This document shows positions 9,268 to 19,464 of a stretch of 64,000 bases of DNA, piece after piece; the first letter of the stretch is position 1, and each line of letters opens with the position of its first letter. Position numbers and translations under genes: made by a program. The notes under the pieces were generated by a model. That model saw only the letters and a program-made list of their open reading frames with translations, was not told where the DNA came from and made no database searches. Location of the stretch: contig CAKKNE010000003.1 of the NCBI GenBank assembly GCA_918797485.1, positions 1,364,001-1,428,000 of the forward strand. Reading direction: 5' to 3'. The DNA comes from Pelagomonas calceolata. Its lineage: Eukaryota.

Positions 9268-11559
9268 ATGTGCAAGCCGGCACCTGCTGCGAACGGCACC
9301 GCTTCGGACACTAATACACCAACAAAACAATGCAGCATCTGCAAGACCACCTTCCCGAGCCGCAGCGCGTTGTTCAAACACTTAAGAAGTGGCGCCTGCG
9401 ACGCGCGCCTCGCGCAAGCGCCGACCAAAGCGAACGCGATCCTCCAAATCGGCTACCACAGCAGTACACCGGACGCCGTCGAGGCCGCGCTGCGCCGCGC
9501 CGTCGGCGCGGCGGGCGCGGTCAAGGGCCGGACCGGCGCCTCGTCGACCACGCGGGCGCACCTCGCTTTGGCGCCCGGCGCGTCGGCGTGGGGCGACGTC
9601 TGCGCGTGCTGTCTGCCGCCCTGCGAGGATGACGATAAATGGGTCGACGCCGCGAACGCGCGAGCCGGTGGTGCCGTGGAGATCCTGCGACGAGCACCCC
9701 TCCTACAAAACTTCAAGGCCGACGCCTGTTCGTCGCAGCGGGTGGAGGTGCTGGTTCCCTCGAAATACATCGGTGAGCTCAAGGCCTTCCGCGACGCCGC
9801 CACAGCTTTATTGATCGAGAAGCGCGGCGCCCGCAGCGTCGCGCGGTCGTGGCACGCGTTCTGCGACGACGACCTGCCATCGACGACGCGTCGCTGCTGC
9901 CCCGGCGACCAGGCGTCGTCGTGTACAGTCAAGAAAGTGCACGTCAAGACGTATGACGACAAGTGGGTCGTCGTCGCGCTCGAGGCGGACCGCTTCCTGC
10001 GGGGCATGGCTCGTAAAGCGGTGAGCCTCGCGGTGTTCGCGCACGCGGGCGTCATCGCGGACGTCGCTTTACATGATGAGGCCGCCTTCGTACGGCCGTG
10101 GGCCTCGGACGTGCTCGAGGCGCTGGGGCCCGCTATTGATCCTCGTTCTGAAGGCCTGGCCTGCTGCAAGTTCGCGGCCTGCGAGCGCGTGGCCAACGCG
10201 TCGGTCGACGCCGTCCGCGCGGGCGACGGCGCCCGGACCCTGGCTTTCCGGGAGACGTGTCGCAGGCACGGCGCTTGTATTGAGGTGGAAGCGTCCTGGG
10301 CCGCCGCGGAGGCGTACTGGCGCGGTCGTCGTTCTGAAACCTGCGTCTTACCGGAGCCGCGACTGGAACCGCCGCCCGAACCTTATGAAGCCGCTCTAAC
10401 AGCACTAAGAGCGCTGACGGACCGCGGCTGGCCGTCTTCATCAACAGCTCGGTCGAAGCTCCTCGTTTCTTCTGATGAGGGCGGCTCCTTCTCCGTCGGC
10501 GCCACGCCCACGGCCCACCAGCCGAACAACAACGCGGAAAGCGACGTCGTCGCCGCGGTCTTCGCGCTGGAAAGAGAGTTAATAAAGCGCCACTTCCCAT
10601 CCAGACAACCGTCGACGATGTGCGCGATCAACCGCTCGGCGCGGTTCCGGCCGCACCTCGACGCCGGCGCGGGCTTCGGCCAGCGCACGTCGCTCATTGT
10701 GGGGTTGGGCGACTATACTGGAGGCGGTTTGGTCGTGGAACGCGTCGAAAAAAATATACGCTACGCGCCTCTACAATTCGACGGCTGGCGCGAGCGCCAC
10801 TGGACTCTACCATTTAAGGGCGAGCGCTTCTCGCTGGTCTGGTTCACGCCGCTGACCGTCGCTCCACCAGTACCGAAGCCGCCGCTGCCGCCCTTCGTGC
10901 TAGAGGCATGCAAAGGGGACCTGCCGGCGCCGCCGTCTCCTACGCCGACGATCGAGCGGCTCGCGCCGGGCTGCGTGCTCGTGCGAGGATTTTTAGATGT
11001 AACTAAACAGCGCAACGTCGTCTCATCAATTGCCGGCCGGGCCTTCGCGGCGCGCGCCTACGACGGCGGCGGCGCGCTGAAGTGCCGGACGGTGTGTCTC
11101 GGGGGTCAAGACTGGGACCACGCATCGAATGCCTACGTTGCGACGGACGGCGCCGTGCCGCCTTTACTGGAGACGGTCGCGCGCGACGCCCACGCGGCGG
11201 CGGCGGCGGCCGATGGAGCCTTACCGGCCTTCGACGTTCCCGACGTCGTCGTGTGCAATTTTTATGAAGAAGCGGGCCGCATGGGCCTCCACCGCGACGA
11301 CGCGGAGTCGTCGGAGGCGCTCGCGCGGGGAAGTCCCGTCGTGTCGCTGTCGTTCGGCGACGAGTGTGTGTTCGCTCTCGCGCCGTCGCGGGACGCCGAG
11401 CGGACGCGAACGACGCTGCGGTCCGGCGACGCGCTTATTTTTGGTGGGCCCTCGCGGCTCGTCTATCATGGCGTCGAGCGCGTCAAGGCGGGGACTGCGC
11501 CCGCCGCGCTGGGGATGCGTGCCGGGCGGCTGAATTTGACTTTTCGATCTGTAGTGTAG
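9268..11559 (+). CDS. C2H2 zinc finger + TruA-like pseudouridine synthase fold + 2OG-Fe(II) oxygenase + AlkB (ALKBH1-like) dioxygenase fusion
   Basis: CSICKTTFPSRSALFKH; ALEADRFLRGMARKAV (TruA-like); PHLD..H..ERFSLVWF; NFYEEAGRMGLHRD..PVVSLSFG..HGV..RLNLTFR. Confidence 0.75.
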   Translation: MCKPAPAANGTASDTNTPTKQCSICKTTFPSRSALFKHLRSGACDARLAQAPTKANAILQIGYHSSTPDAVEAALRRAVGAAGAVKGRTGASSTTRAHLALAPGASAWGDVCACCLPPCEDDDKWVDAANARAGGAVEILRRAPLLQNFKADACSSQRVEVLVPSKYIGELKAFRDAATALLIEKRGARSVARSWHAFCDDDLPSTTRRCCPGDQASSCTVKKVHVKTYDDKWVVVALEADRFLRGMARKAVSLAVFAHAGVIADVALHDEAAFVRPWASDVLEALGPAIDPRSEGLACCKFAACERVANASVDAVRAGDGARTLAFRETCRRHGACIEVEASWAAAEAYWRGRRSETCVLPEPRLEPPPEPYEAALTALRALTDRGWPSSSTARSKLLVSSDEGGSFSVGATPTAHQPNNNAESDVVAAVFALERELIKRHFPSRQPSTMCAINRSARFRPHLDAGAGFGQRTSLIVGLGDYTGGGLVVERVEKNIRYAPLQFDGWRERHWTLPFKGERFSLVWFTPLTVAPPVPKPPLPPFVLEACKGDLPAPPSPTPTIERLAPGCVLVRGFLDVTKQRNVVSSIAGRAFAARAYDGGGALKCRTVCLGGQDWDHASNAYVATDGAVPPLLETVARDAHAAAAAADGALPAFDVPDVVVCNFYEEAGRMGLHRDDAESSEALARGSPVVSLSFGDECVFALAPSRDAERTRTTLRSGDALIFGGPSRLVYHGVERVKAGTAPAALGMRAGRLNLTFRSVV

Positions 11560-11574
11560 TGATTTAAACATGTA

Positions 11575-14313
11575 TTACCTTCCAAGCGGCGTCATACTCC
11601 CTAATTCCCACGAAGCCGGTGGCGGCGCCGACGCGACCGACCACGTCTGCGACCGCGCCAGGGGCGGGCGCCCGGTCGAGGTCGACGCGGACGTCTCGTC
11701 GTCCTCGGCGAAAGACACGGCCGACGGTCGCGGCCGCGTCCGGCCCGGCGGCACGAGCCCATAGGCCAGCAATTGAGCCTCCACGTCCGGGTCCTCATCC
11801 AACAACATGGGCGTCCCGGGCGGCGGCGACGACACGGCGCGCTCCGGGTGCACGGCCCGCACGATGGTCGACGAGGCGGTAGAGCCCTCGTCGGCCACGG
11901 CCTCAAGCGGCTCGAACTGCGCCGTCTGCGTGTAGACCGTGGCCTGGGGCCCGACCGTCGCGCCGCCCTCGAGCTCCGAGTCCTCCGGGTTCAGAGATAA
12001 CGCCGAGGGCTCCGGGGATAAGGCCGCGCGCTGCTTCTCGGCCAGCAAACGTTTGGCGGCGTCGCGCTCCTCGCAGGCCATGCGCGCCTCGCGCTCCTGC
12101 TGGGCCAGCGTCGTGCGCAGCTTCAGAGTCTTATCTTCAAGCTCGGCCTTCTCCCTCCTCAGCCGCTCGGCCTCGCGCCGCGCGGCGTCCTCGCGCTCCT
12201 TCAGGGCCGCCTTGAGTGATTCAATCTCGGCCGCGTGCGCCTTACTAGAATCCGCCTCGCTCTCGGACGCGCGCTCGTCGAGCTGATGTTGTAAACGCTG
12301 CGCTTCCGACGCCTCGCGCTCGGCGAGTTGGTCCTGGAAATGGGACAATTCCTCCTGCAACCTTGAAATTTCGGCACCGTGCAGCGTCACGGACTCGTCG
12401 CGCAAGGCGCGGTCGCGCTGCGCGAGCATCTCTGACAAGCGCGCGACCTCAGCGGCGTGGGCCGCCTCGGAGTCGTCTCTGAATGAAGTGGACTCCGCGA
12501 GTTGGGCTCGTAGCCGTTCCACTTCTGATGCGCTGTCGTCTGTGGTTTCTTGCAGAGACGACGTGAGCGCAGACGGCATCGCCGCGGGGTCCAATGAAGC
12601 GGTAAACAAAGCCGAGGGCTCCGCACTGACAGGAGCGAAGCGCGCCTTGAGGGGTTGTTCCGCAAAATCGGAGTCCTCGAAGCGTAGTAACCGAGAGGGC
12701 GCCTCGTCCACAGAGCCAGTTAGTGCCGAGGGCTCGGGCTGCACGTCGAGCGATGCTGTCAACAGAGCCGACGGTTCCAGGCTGACGGACTGCCTCAAGA
12801 TGGTGGGAGAGAACATTTCCAGGGAAGGCGCCGGCGCCGCCACCACTGGACTTTTCGCGGCCTCTAGTTGCAAGCGCTCCGCTCTTCTTTCAGCCCGTTC
12901 CTCCTCCTCCCTTTGCACATCTCTTTCTAGCTCTCGTATCCTTCGATCTCGTCTCACGAGAGCCTCCCGTTCGAAGTAGATCGTCTTCGCCTTCTCCCGG
13001 CGCTTCTTATCCAAATCAGAAATAGCTGCGTCGAGCTTCGCGACGCGGACGGACTGCTTGAAGGACGGCGGGCCGCTTATCGACGATTGTAAGTCGTTCT
13101 TCTTCCCCTTCAGCGTCTTGAGTTTCTCCTCGAACTCTCTGAGTAGCTTCTCGGACTCGCGCTGTCTACGTCTACCTCTCCGTTGTTCGGCCCGCGTGAA
13201 CTCGAGATGGCGTTGCGCAGAGGTAGTTCGGTCCGACGCGGTCGACTGGAAGAAGGACGCTTGCGTGACGGTGACGGGCGCCTCCTCGATCTTCTCGACT
13301 GTTTGTGGGGGCGGCTCATAAGCGATCGTCTTGGTCCTCGCTTGTTCCTCGTCGATGTATTGATGAATAGTACCTCGAGGCATCGCCCTTAGTTCGGTGA
13401 GCAGTTGCTTCTCGGCGTCGGTGTTCGCGCCGTAGTAGTGCGGCAATTGCACGACCGCCCTTTTTGATTGTAAGACAGAAGGCACGAAGTCGTCCCCTCG
13501 CAAGTCATCAAAGCCGGGATGCGCATGAGGTAACAGTAAGGGGTTCCTTCGGGCCGTCTCGTAGTCCAAATATCTACCGTAGTCCTCCAAAAACTCGACA
13601 TCACTTAACATGGTCAGGACGTAGGGCTGGCCCCCCAGGTCGAAGCTAGGTGCGGCATCACCTAGTAATGATCTTCGCTGAGCCAGCAAACCGGCTACCT
13701 TCCTCGTGAGCACTCGGAGCTCCTCCACGACTTTTTTGAGGCCTTTCGGCGGGCCCTTCTTCACCTTGCCGTCCCGCTCTTTGATCGCGCGTACGAGCTC
13801 GTCGTCTTCATCGAGAGTTGTCTCCTGGACCTTCTTCTTCCTCTTTTCTCGCCTTTCCACGATCTCGTGGGCCCGCCTTAAGCAGTCATTCCGCCGCAAG
13901 GCCAGTCGAACCACATCGAGCTCCGTCGCATAACCAGCCCCAATCTTCTCGTACGTGACACCGGGCCCGCCGTGCTGCTTTGTGGTACTAGAGACGAGTA
14001 GAGGCAGTCCTGGAGCCTCGAGCGGCACGGGGTCGACGATCGGCCGCGTCGACGGACTCGCCTGTTTCTCGGCCTCATTACGAGGTTGTTTGATGGCGAT
14101 TGGTTTATTCTTGACGCGTGTCTTCGCCTTCTGCTGCTCGTTGAAGATGAGACGTAATGCGCGGGGGCAGCGCGGATCATGAAACGCGTCGTACGGACTT
14201 AAGCCCTCCAGCGTGATGTTCGGCGCCGTGTCCGTCCAGCCACTTTCCCGCATGCGCTGCACTATGAGTGAGGGGCCCCCATGGCCCTTGGTCTTGGGCT
14301 TGCCGCGGGCCAT
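11575..14313 (-). CDS. Uncharacterised coiled-coil protein
   Basis: 912-aa ATG-started ORF with charged helical segments and short EPSAL repeats. Confidence 0.7.
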   Translation of the reverse strand: MARGKPKTKGHGGPSLIVQRMRESGWTDTAPNITLEGLSPYDAFHDPRCPRALRLIFNEQQKAKTRVKNKPIAIKQPRNEAEKQASPSTRPIVDPVPLEAPGLPLLVSSTTKQHGGPGVTYEKIGAGYATELDVVRLALRRNDCLRRAHEIVERREKRKKKVQETTLDEDDELVRAIKERDGKVKKGPPKGLKKVVEELRVLTRKVAGLLAQRRSLLGDAAPSFDLGGQPYVLTMLSDVEFLEDYGRYLDYETARRNPLLLPHAHPGFDDLRGDDFVPSVLQSKRAVVQLPHYYGANTDAEKQLLTELRAMPRGTIHQYIDEEQARTKTIAYEPPPQTVEKIEEAPVTVTQASFFQSTASDRTTSAQRHLEFTRAEQRRGRRRQRESEKLLREFEEKLKTLKGKKNDLQSSISGPPSFKQSVRVAKLDAAISDLDKKRREKAKTIYFEREALVRRDRRIRELERDVQREEEERAERRAERLQLEAAKSPVVAAPAPSLEMFSPTILRQSVSLEPSALLTASLDVQPEPSALTGSVDEAPSRLLRFEDSDFAEQPLKARFAPVSAEPSALFTASLDPAAMPSALTSSLQETTDDSASEVERLRAQLAESTSFRDDSEAAHAAEVARLSEMLAQRDRALRDESVTLHGAEISRLQEELSHFQDQLAEREASEAQRLQHQLDERASESEADSSKAHAAEIESLKAALKEREDAARREAERLRREKAELEDKTLKLRTTLAQQEREARMACEERDAAKRLLAEKQRAALSPEPSALSLNPEDSELEGGATVGPQATVYTQTAQFEPLEAVADEGSTASSTIVRAVHPERAVSSPPPGTPMLLDEDPDVEAQLLAYGLVPPGRTRPRPSAVSFAEDDETSASTSTGRPPLARSQTWSVASAPPPASWELGSMTPLGR

Positions 14314-14758
14314 AACGCGGCCGCGGGAACCGCCGGCGGGCCGGGCGCCTCTCCGGGCAGCCGCGCAGGCGCGTGGGGCAGCGCGCTCCCCAGCACCAAG
14401 CTTCGCGTTAGCACAGAGTCCGCCGAACCCGCACGGTTAGGAGGCAGTATGTTGCTCCAGAATCGTCCCGAGATGGGCAGAAACGGAGCCATCGGGGAGA
14501 ATCGCGATAGCTCCAATGACTCTAGTGGCTTTGTGCGCTAGCTCGTCCATCTCCCGCGCGACAAGCGCAAGGCCATAGCGTTGGCATCTCTGCTTGAGGG
14601 AGGCTAAATCACACTGATCGATTGCGTTTTGCAAAACGCACCAAATTTTGCGAAGTTTGCTGCCAGCACCAGCTGAAACTAGTTGGTCACAGGCTTTTTG
14701 CAGCCACCACTGCACACAAATGTGCTGCGCAGCGATGCAAAGCAGCTAGCATTTGCCG

Positions 14759-15469
14759 ATGGCCGACGAAGACGCCTTCGCGCGGCGCGTACGTGCCTTC
14801 TACGAGGCCCACAACCCCGAGCGTCTCGACCTCGTGCCCGAGATCGTGTCGAAATACCGCAATCAACAGGACAAGCTCTGGGCCAAGCTCGAGAAGAAGT
14901 ATCCCGGGACGGCGACGTCACGTGATGATCGATTAGACTTTCGGAGTCGCGCGTTCGACGCGCGCGCTGCTTTATGTGAGCCCGGTCTGAGACCGCCGGT
15001 GCCGAACGCCCCACCTTTGGACAATTTATCGAAATTCCGGCCTTTTTTACCGCATTCATCGGAATATCATGATACGCGAGTGAAGCAGGGCGCGCACCAC
15101 GTCGTGAGGGAGCCGTCTGCTACCTCGACGAATAGAGGCGTGGCGCTCCTGTCCCAGGTCACTGATACATTAAGAGAGGGGCCCCACTCGTTATTATGGA
15201 GAGCGTTGCGGGATAGAGTTAGAGTGCGCGTGACGCTGCGGCGCATCAACTCCATTAGAGGGGTGGTTGTCGGGCACTTGAAAGCATTTGACCGACACAT
15301 GAACCTGCTGCTCGTCGACGCGGCCGAGACGACGACGCCGAAAATGCGCAACCCTGCGCGCGCGCGGCCGCGGACGCGGCACCTCGCCCAGGTGCTCGTG
15401 CGCGGCGACAACGTCGTGCTCGTGGCGTTGGAGGGCGGGTCGAGTAGTAGGCCGAGGCCGGATCGGTAG
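14759..15469 (+). CDS. LSM11: LSm-domain protein, LSM11-like
   Basis: LDFRSRAFDARAAL..P.P.APPLDN N-terminal motif; GPHSLL..RVRV..RG...GHLKAFDRHMNLLLVD (Sm1); QVLVRGDNVVLV (Sm2). Confidence 0.7.
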   Translation: MADEDAFARRVRAFYEAHNPERLDLVPEIVSKYRNQQDKLWAKLEKKYPGTATSRDDRLDFRSRAFDARAALCEPGLRPPVPNAPPLDNLSKFRPFLPHSSEYHDTRVKQGAHHVVREPSATSTNRGVALLSQVTDTLREGPHSLLWRALRDRVRVRVTLRRINSIRGVVVGHLKAFDRHMNLLLVDAAETTTPKMRNPARARPRTRHLAQVLVRGDNVVLVALEGGSSSRPRPDR

Positions 15470-15484
15470 TGTTGTTAACTAAAA

Positions 15485-16645
15485 TCAATCGCCCCTTGCG
15501 TCGGTGGCGTCGGCGCGCGGCGGCGGCGTTTCGTGGGCGCGGAGCGCGGCTCGCGCATGCCGCAGGGACATCTCGATCTCACTTGTGGTCGGGTGCGCGC
15601 CGCCAAGCACGCGACGCGCGGTCCGTTCCGTGTCCTCGAGCGTCGTCACGGCCTCGCGGAGATCGTCGAGCGTGGCGCCGGGGTCAGTGTAGAGCGCTCC
15701 CGCGTAATACCACCTCATCTTGAGTGTGAGGATATTATCATCTCCGAGAACGCGTCGGGCCACGGGTATCGTCTTGCGCAGCAGCGACTTGGCCTCTTCG
15801 AAGCGTTGTAGATCAACAAGGCTCGATGCGTAGTTGTTGGCTGATCGGATTGTATCACCATCTTCTTCGCCCAATAGCCTCAATGAATCATAGTATACGC
15901 CCCGTTCGAGCTGTAGGGCCTGTTCCATCCGCCCTAGCGCATGATACGAGTTCGCAAGATTTGTCTGCGAGACAAGAATATCAATTCCTGATGCGCCAAC
16001 GCGCCGCGTGATAGAGAACTCGGCCTCTCTCACGGCCAACGCGTCCTCGTGGTGTTCTGCGTCGTGTAAACCGTTCCCGAGACGCGTCATCGCCGCGCCC
16101 CGAGCCCAGTCATCCTCCGGCCGACCCAGGTACGTCTTCCAGCACGCCCACCCGAGGGCACACGTCACGACGCCATGGTAATTTTGCTCGCACAGGCTAC
16201 ACGAGTGCCACCGGCACCATCTCTCGTCGAGCGTCTTGTCGCCCAAATTGTTCTCCAACGCCTCCGCGAGCAAAATCTTCGCCTGCTCCGCCAAACACGA
16301 CACATGCGCGAAGCCCGCCGTCCCGCGGCACGAACACCCGCGCACGAGGCCCTCCTTCGTTTTCCAATGCAAGGCTTGCGTGCAGATGTAGCACGTCTGC
16401 CCCTTCGTATCGTCCGCGCATTTCTCGACCGCGACCGCGACGGTCTCCGTGTATCTCTTATTGGCATGAAATTGTTCCGCGCCACCAGCCTTTTTGATTT
16501 TCTTGCAGAGCTTGTCGTGACCACCCTCTTCCCAGTGTTGTTTCTGGCACTCGGCGCCGCAGTAGCGCGTGCTGCAGCGGCCGCATTTCTTGCCCAAGGA
16601 TAAGCCAAGCTCGGTGGCGCAGACGGCGCACTGCGTGAGGATCAT
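15485..16645 (-). CDS. MYND zinc finger + RING-CH (RINGv) + TPR-repeat protein
   Basis: CAVC..CGRC..YCGAECQKQHW..H..C (MYND); CYIC..CSC..AHVSC..CSLC (C4HC3 RING); kinesin-light-chain-like TPRs (NLANSY..LGR.EQA, RRVLG..H). Confidence 0.85.
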   Translation of the reverse strand: MILTQCAVCATELGLSLGKKCGRCSTRYCGAECQKQHWEEGGHDKLCKKIKKAGGAEQFHANKRYTETVAVAVEKCADDTKGQTCYICTQALHWKTKEGLVRGCSCRGTAGFAHVSCLAEQAKILLAEALENNLGDKTLDERWCRWHSCSLCEQNYHGVVTCALGWACWKTYLGRPEDDWARGAAMTRLGNGLHDAEHHEDALAVREAEFSITRRVGASGIDILVSQTNLANSYHALGRMEQALQLERGVYYDSLRLLGEEDGDTIRSANNYASSLVDLQRFEEAKSLLRKTIPVARRVLGDDNILTLKMRWYYAGALYTDPGATLDDLREAVTTLEDTERTARRVLGGAHPTTSEIEMSLRHARAALRAHETPPPRADATDARGD

Positions 16646-16831
16646 ATTATAACGCGCGCGTGCGCTCACGTATTCGGAGCGCTGGGGTTTGTAGGCCTCT
16701 TTTTGGGCTGTCTCTGGCAGAGATCACTGGTCTCTGGCAAAGCATCTCCGCATCTCAACGCCGCCGCAGGGCTGCCCCCGGACCGGGACGGCCTAGGGCA
16801 TCGTCCTCGGCCGCGCTGGCAGCGCAAGGCG

Positions 16832-18514
16832 ATGTTTCTCGACGCCCTCGTGACGGCGCGCGCCGACTTTGAGGCAGAATTAGAGCGCCACGAGAAGTCG
16901 CTGGAGTCCGCCGAGGAGGAAGTCAAGCGCGACGAGCACGCGGCGCGGCGCGACGTGGCCCTCGCCGTCTCCGCGGCCGTCGGCGGCTTCGCGTCGGCCG
17001 CCGCGCCGCCGCTGCCGCCGGGCCCGCGCGACGACGACGCGCCCATCACCTTGCCGGACGCGAAGCCGGCGGTCGTGCTCGCGCGCGCGGCGCTGCAGCT
17101 CGCCGAGGCGCGACTCGACGAGCCCCGGACCGGCATCATTAGGGTTGGATATTTGCGGCGCGTGGCGCGGCGGAAGAAGCCGCCGTATCGCTTCCACCGC
17201 ATTGAAATTAGGAGAAGACCCGGCGCCGTCGCCGTGCTCGCCTCGGCGCCGTCGACGGCCGACGGCAAGGAACGCACCGTTCAGTTGTTGCGAGGCCGCT
17301 GCGTGATCGCCGTCGCCCAGGTCGGGAAAAGAGGCGAGGCGTTTTCGGTCTCGAAGGACGGCGAGCGGACGGTCTGGTTGTGCGCTTCCACGAGAGAGCG
17401 CGATGATTGGTTGAGGTGCCTCCAGGCGTCTTTAGATGATGAGCCGGCGCCGATCAGCAACGACGACGCTTCAGCCATGTTCGACGCCGCGGCCGCGCGG
17501 GCGGCTCGCGCGACGGATCGCGAGACGTACGTCGACGCTTTGAGAAGTGTAGCCTCTCTGGGACCTTCCGTGCAGATCCACACGAAGCGCGACGCGTTTC
17601 CCGCGGCGTGTGCGTCCTTCGTCGCAGATGTAAGGCGTGTCAAACAGGACGACGATTTAGGAACCGAGGAGCCTTTTGAGCGGCGCTTCGAGCAGATGCG
17701 CAAGGACATGCGGAGGGACCGCGTCGCGGTGGACGGCGAGGTCTGTCGGTCGTCGAACGTCGACGCGCCGGAGACGATCGCCGCTGCTTTAGCTGCGAGA
17801 ATCCTCGAGGAATCAAGACGCTTGACCAAGGGTCCCCTCGCGGAGCTCACCGAGAGTGGTGCCCTCACGCACGCCGCCCATATACTGGTAGAGTGCACTA
17901 GGACTGTCTCGGGCGGCGACGCCTACGCGTGCGTGCGACGATTGTGCGCGCCACCAGGAGTCGACCACGTCGTCGTGTGTCCCTTGAACGCGCGCGCGTC
18001 GCCGTTGGACGTCCGCGTGCGCCTCACGAAGGGCGTGGTGCAGGAACCGGTCCCGCCGCCGCCGCCACCACCCACTCGGTCGCCACCTGCTTTGTTATTC
18101 GCGCACAAGCTCTTCTCGTCCTTAACGTCGCCGAGCGGCGAGGCCTCTTCCCAGAATTTCGCCGACCGGCCGTCGTCGCCGTCGTCGTCGCCGCCGAGCG
18201 GCCGCGCTTCCACAACAGACGTGCCGCGCGACGACTCGTCGAGTTCCGACGACGAGGACCTCGCGGTGAAGCCGCGGCGGCGCGCGGGCCGCGCCCGCGT
18301 CGACGTCGCCGTGCGCGCGACCACTCTCTACCGCGTCTGCACGACGGACCCGCGCGACGCGCGCGACGATACGTGGGCGCTGGTGCGCGCGGTCTGGGAC
18401 CGGACCTTCTCGGTGCTCGGCCCGCCCGCCGGCGGCACGCCCCGCGCGGGCGACGCGGTGGTGCACATCGGCGTGTCGGACTTCCTGTACTGGGAGCCGC
18501 CGGAGGACCCTTAG
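16832..18514 (+). CDS. PH-domain-containing protein
   Basis: RVGYLRRV...VWLCASTRERDDWLRCLQ PH-like signature in a long ORF. Confidence 0.6.
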   Translation: MFLDALVTARADFEAELERHEKSLESAEEEVKRDEHAARRDVALAVSAAVGGFASAAAPPLPPGPRDDDAPITLPDAKPAVVLARAALQLAEARLDEPRTGIIRVGYLRRVARRKKPPYRFHRIEIRRRPGAVAVLASAPSTADGKERTVQLLRGRCVIAVAQVGKRGEAFSVSKDGERTVWLCASTRERDDWLRCLQASLDDEPAPISNDDASAMFDAAAARAARATDRETYVDALRSVASLGPSVQIHTKRDAFPAACASFVADVRRVKQDDDLGTEEPFERRFEQMRKDMRRDRVAVDGEVCRSSNVDAPETIAAALAARILEESRRLTKGPLAELTESGALTHAAHILVECTRTVSGGDAYACVRRLCAPPGVDHVVVCPLNARASPLDVRVRLTKGVVQEPVPPPPPPPTRSPPALLFAHKLFSSLTSPSGEASSQNFADRPSSPSSSPPSGRASTTDVPRDDSSSSDDEDLAVKPRRRAGRARVDVAVRATTLYRVCTTDPRDARDDTWALVRAVWDRTFSVLGPPAGGTPRAGDAVVHIGVSDFLYWEPPEDP

Positions 18515-18689
18515 TAACTTGGATTTGTGTGAACTTGCGGGGCCACGTCGGGGCGTGCTGTGGACTAGCTAGTCCGGTAATACTATGAGGCCAGCTATTA
18601 CTCCTCCTCGGACGGACGCGCCCGAGCGCGTCCGTCCGAGCGGCGCGAGTCCTCGTGGCCACCCCCGACGACGCCTCACGCTCACGGAG

Positions 18690-18818
18690 CGCGTCTCGCG
18701 ACTCTCGCTGGTTTCGTTCAATCACCCGTACAAGCGGGTGCGCGCCACCGAGCACACGCCGCGCGGTCCGTTCTAAATCCTCCAGCGTCGTCACGGCCTC
18801 GCGGAGATCGTCGAGCGT
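18690..18818 (-). pseudogene. 3' fragment of a MYND-RING-TPR family paralogue
   Basis: TLDDLREAVTTLEDLERTARRVLGGAHP; DNA closely matches ~15590-15673; no upstream portion. Confidence 0.75.
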
Positions 18819-18829
18819 TCTCTCTCGCG

Positions 18830-19384
18830 ACAGGCCACTACGAGGACGCGTTGTCCGTGAGAGAGGCCGAGTTGTCTATGCTGCGGCGACTTGGCGCAGG
18901 AGAACTAAACATTCTCCTCACCCAGAGCAATCTTGCGAGTACATATGATGCTCTAGGACGTCATCAAGACGCCATGCGGATGTCGCGAGACGTATACTTC
19001 GGGCGTTTGAAGCTCCTCGGCCAGGAACATAGAGACAGCCTCATAGCAGCCCTCAACTACGCGTCGTCCCTTGTTCAAACAGAGCGCTTCGAAGAGGCCA
19101 GGTCGCTGCTGCGCGAATATATGCCCGTGGCACGACGCATTCTCGGTGCGGGTCATGATCACACGCTTAGGATGAGGACGATTTACGCGTCGACGTTCTC
19201 CCTGGACGCCAATGCCACGCTCGACGATCTCCGCGAAGCCAAGACGACGTTCGAGGAGACGAGAAGGACCGCGCAGCGCTTGCTCGGCGGCGCGCACCCG
19301 ATCGTAGCGGCGATTGATATAGAGCTTGAAGTCGCGCGAGCCGCGCTCCGCACCCGCGAGACGCCGTCGCCGGGGGTTGCGTAA
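18830..19384 (+). pseudogene. 5'-truncated MYND-RING-TPR family paralogue (TPR region only)
   Basis: HYEDALSVREAELS..QSNLASTY..TLDDLREA..GGAHP aligns with the C-terminal half of 15485-16645; no MYND/RING part and no ATG at the homologous position. Confidence 0.75.
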
Positions 19385-19464
19385 CTGGTAGCAATTGAGT
19401 GATCCACTGACCCGTGACGACGAGACGCCATCAGTAAGCGAATAATATACACCAACAGATTACT

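Noticed and set aside
18690..19384. Twin-priming retroposition as the origin of the inverted TPR fragments
   Set aside because: The two fragments cover overlapping parts of the gene and differ in sequence; no poly(A) or TSD was seen.
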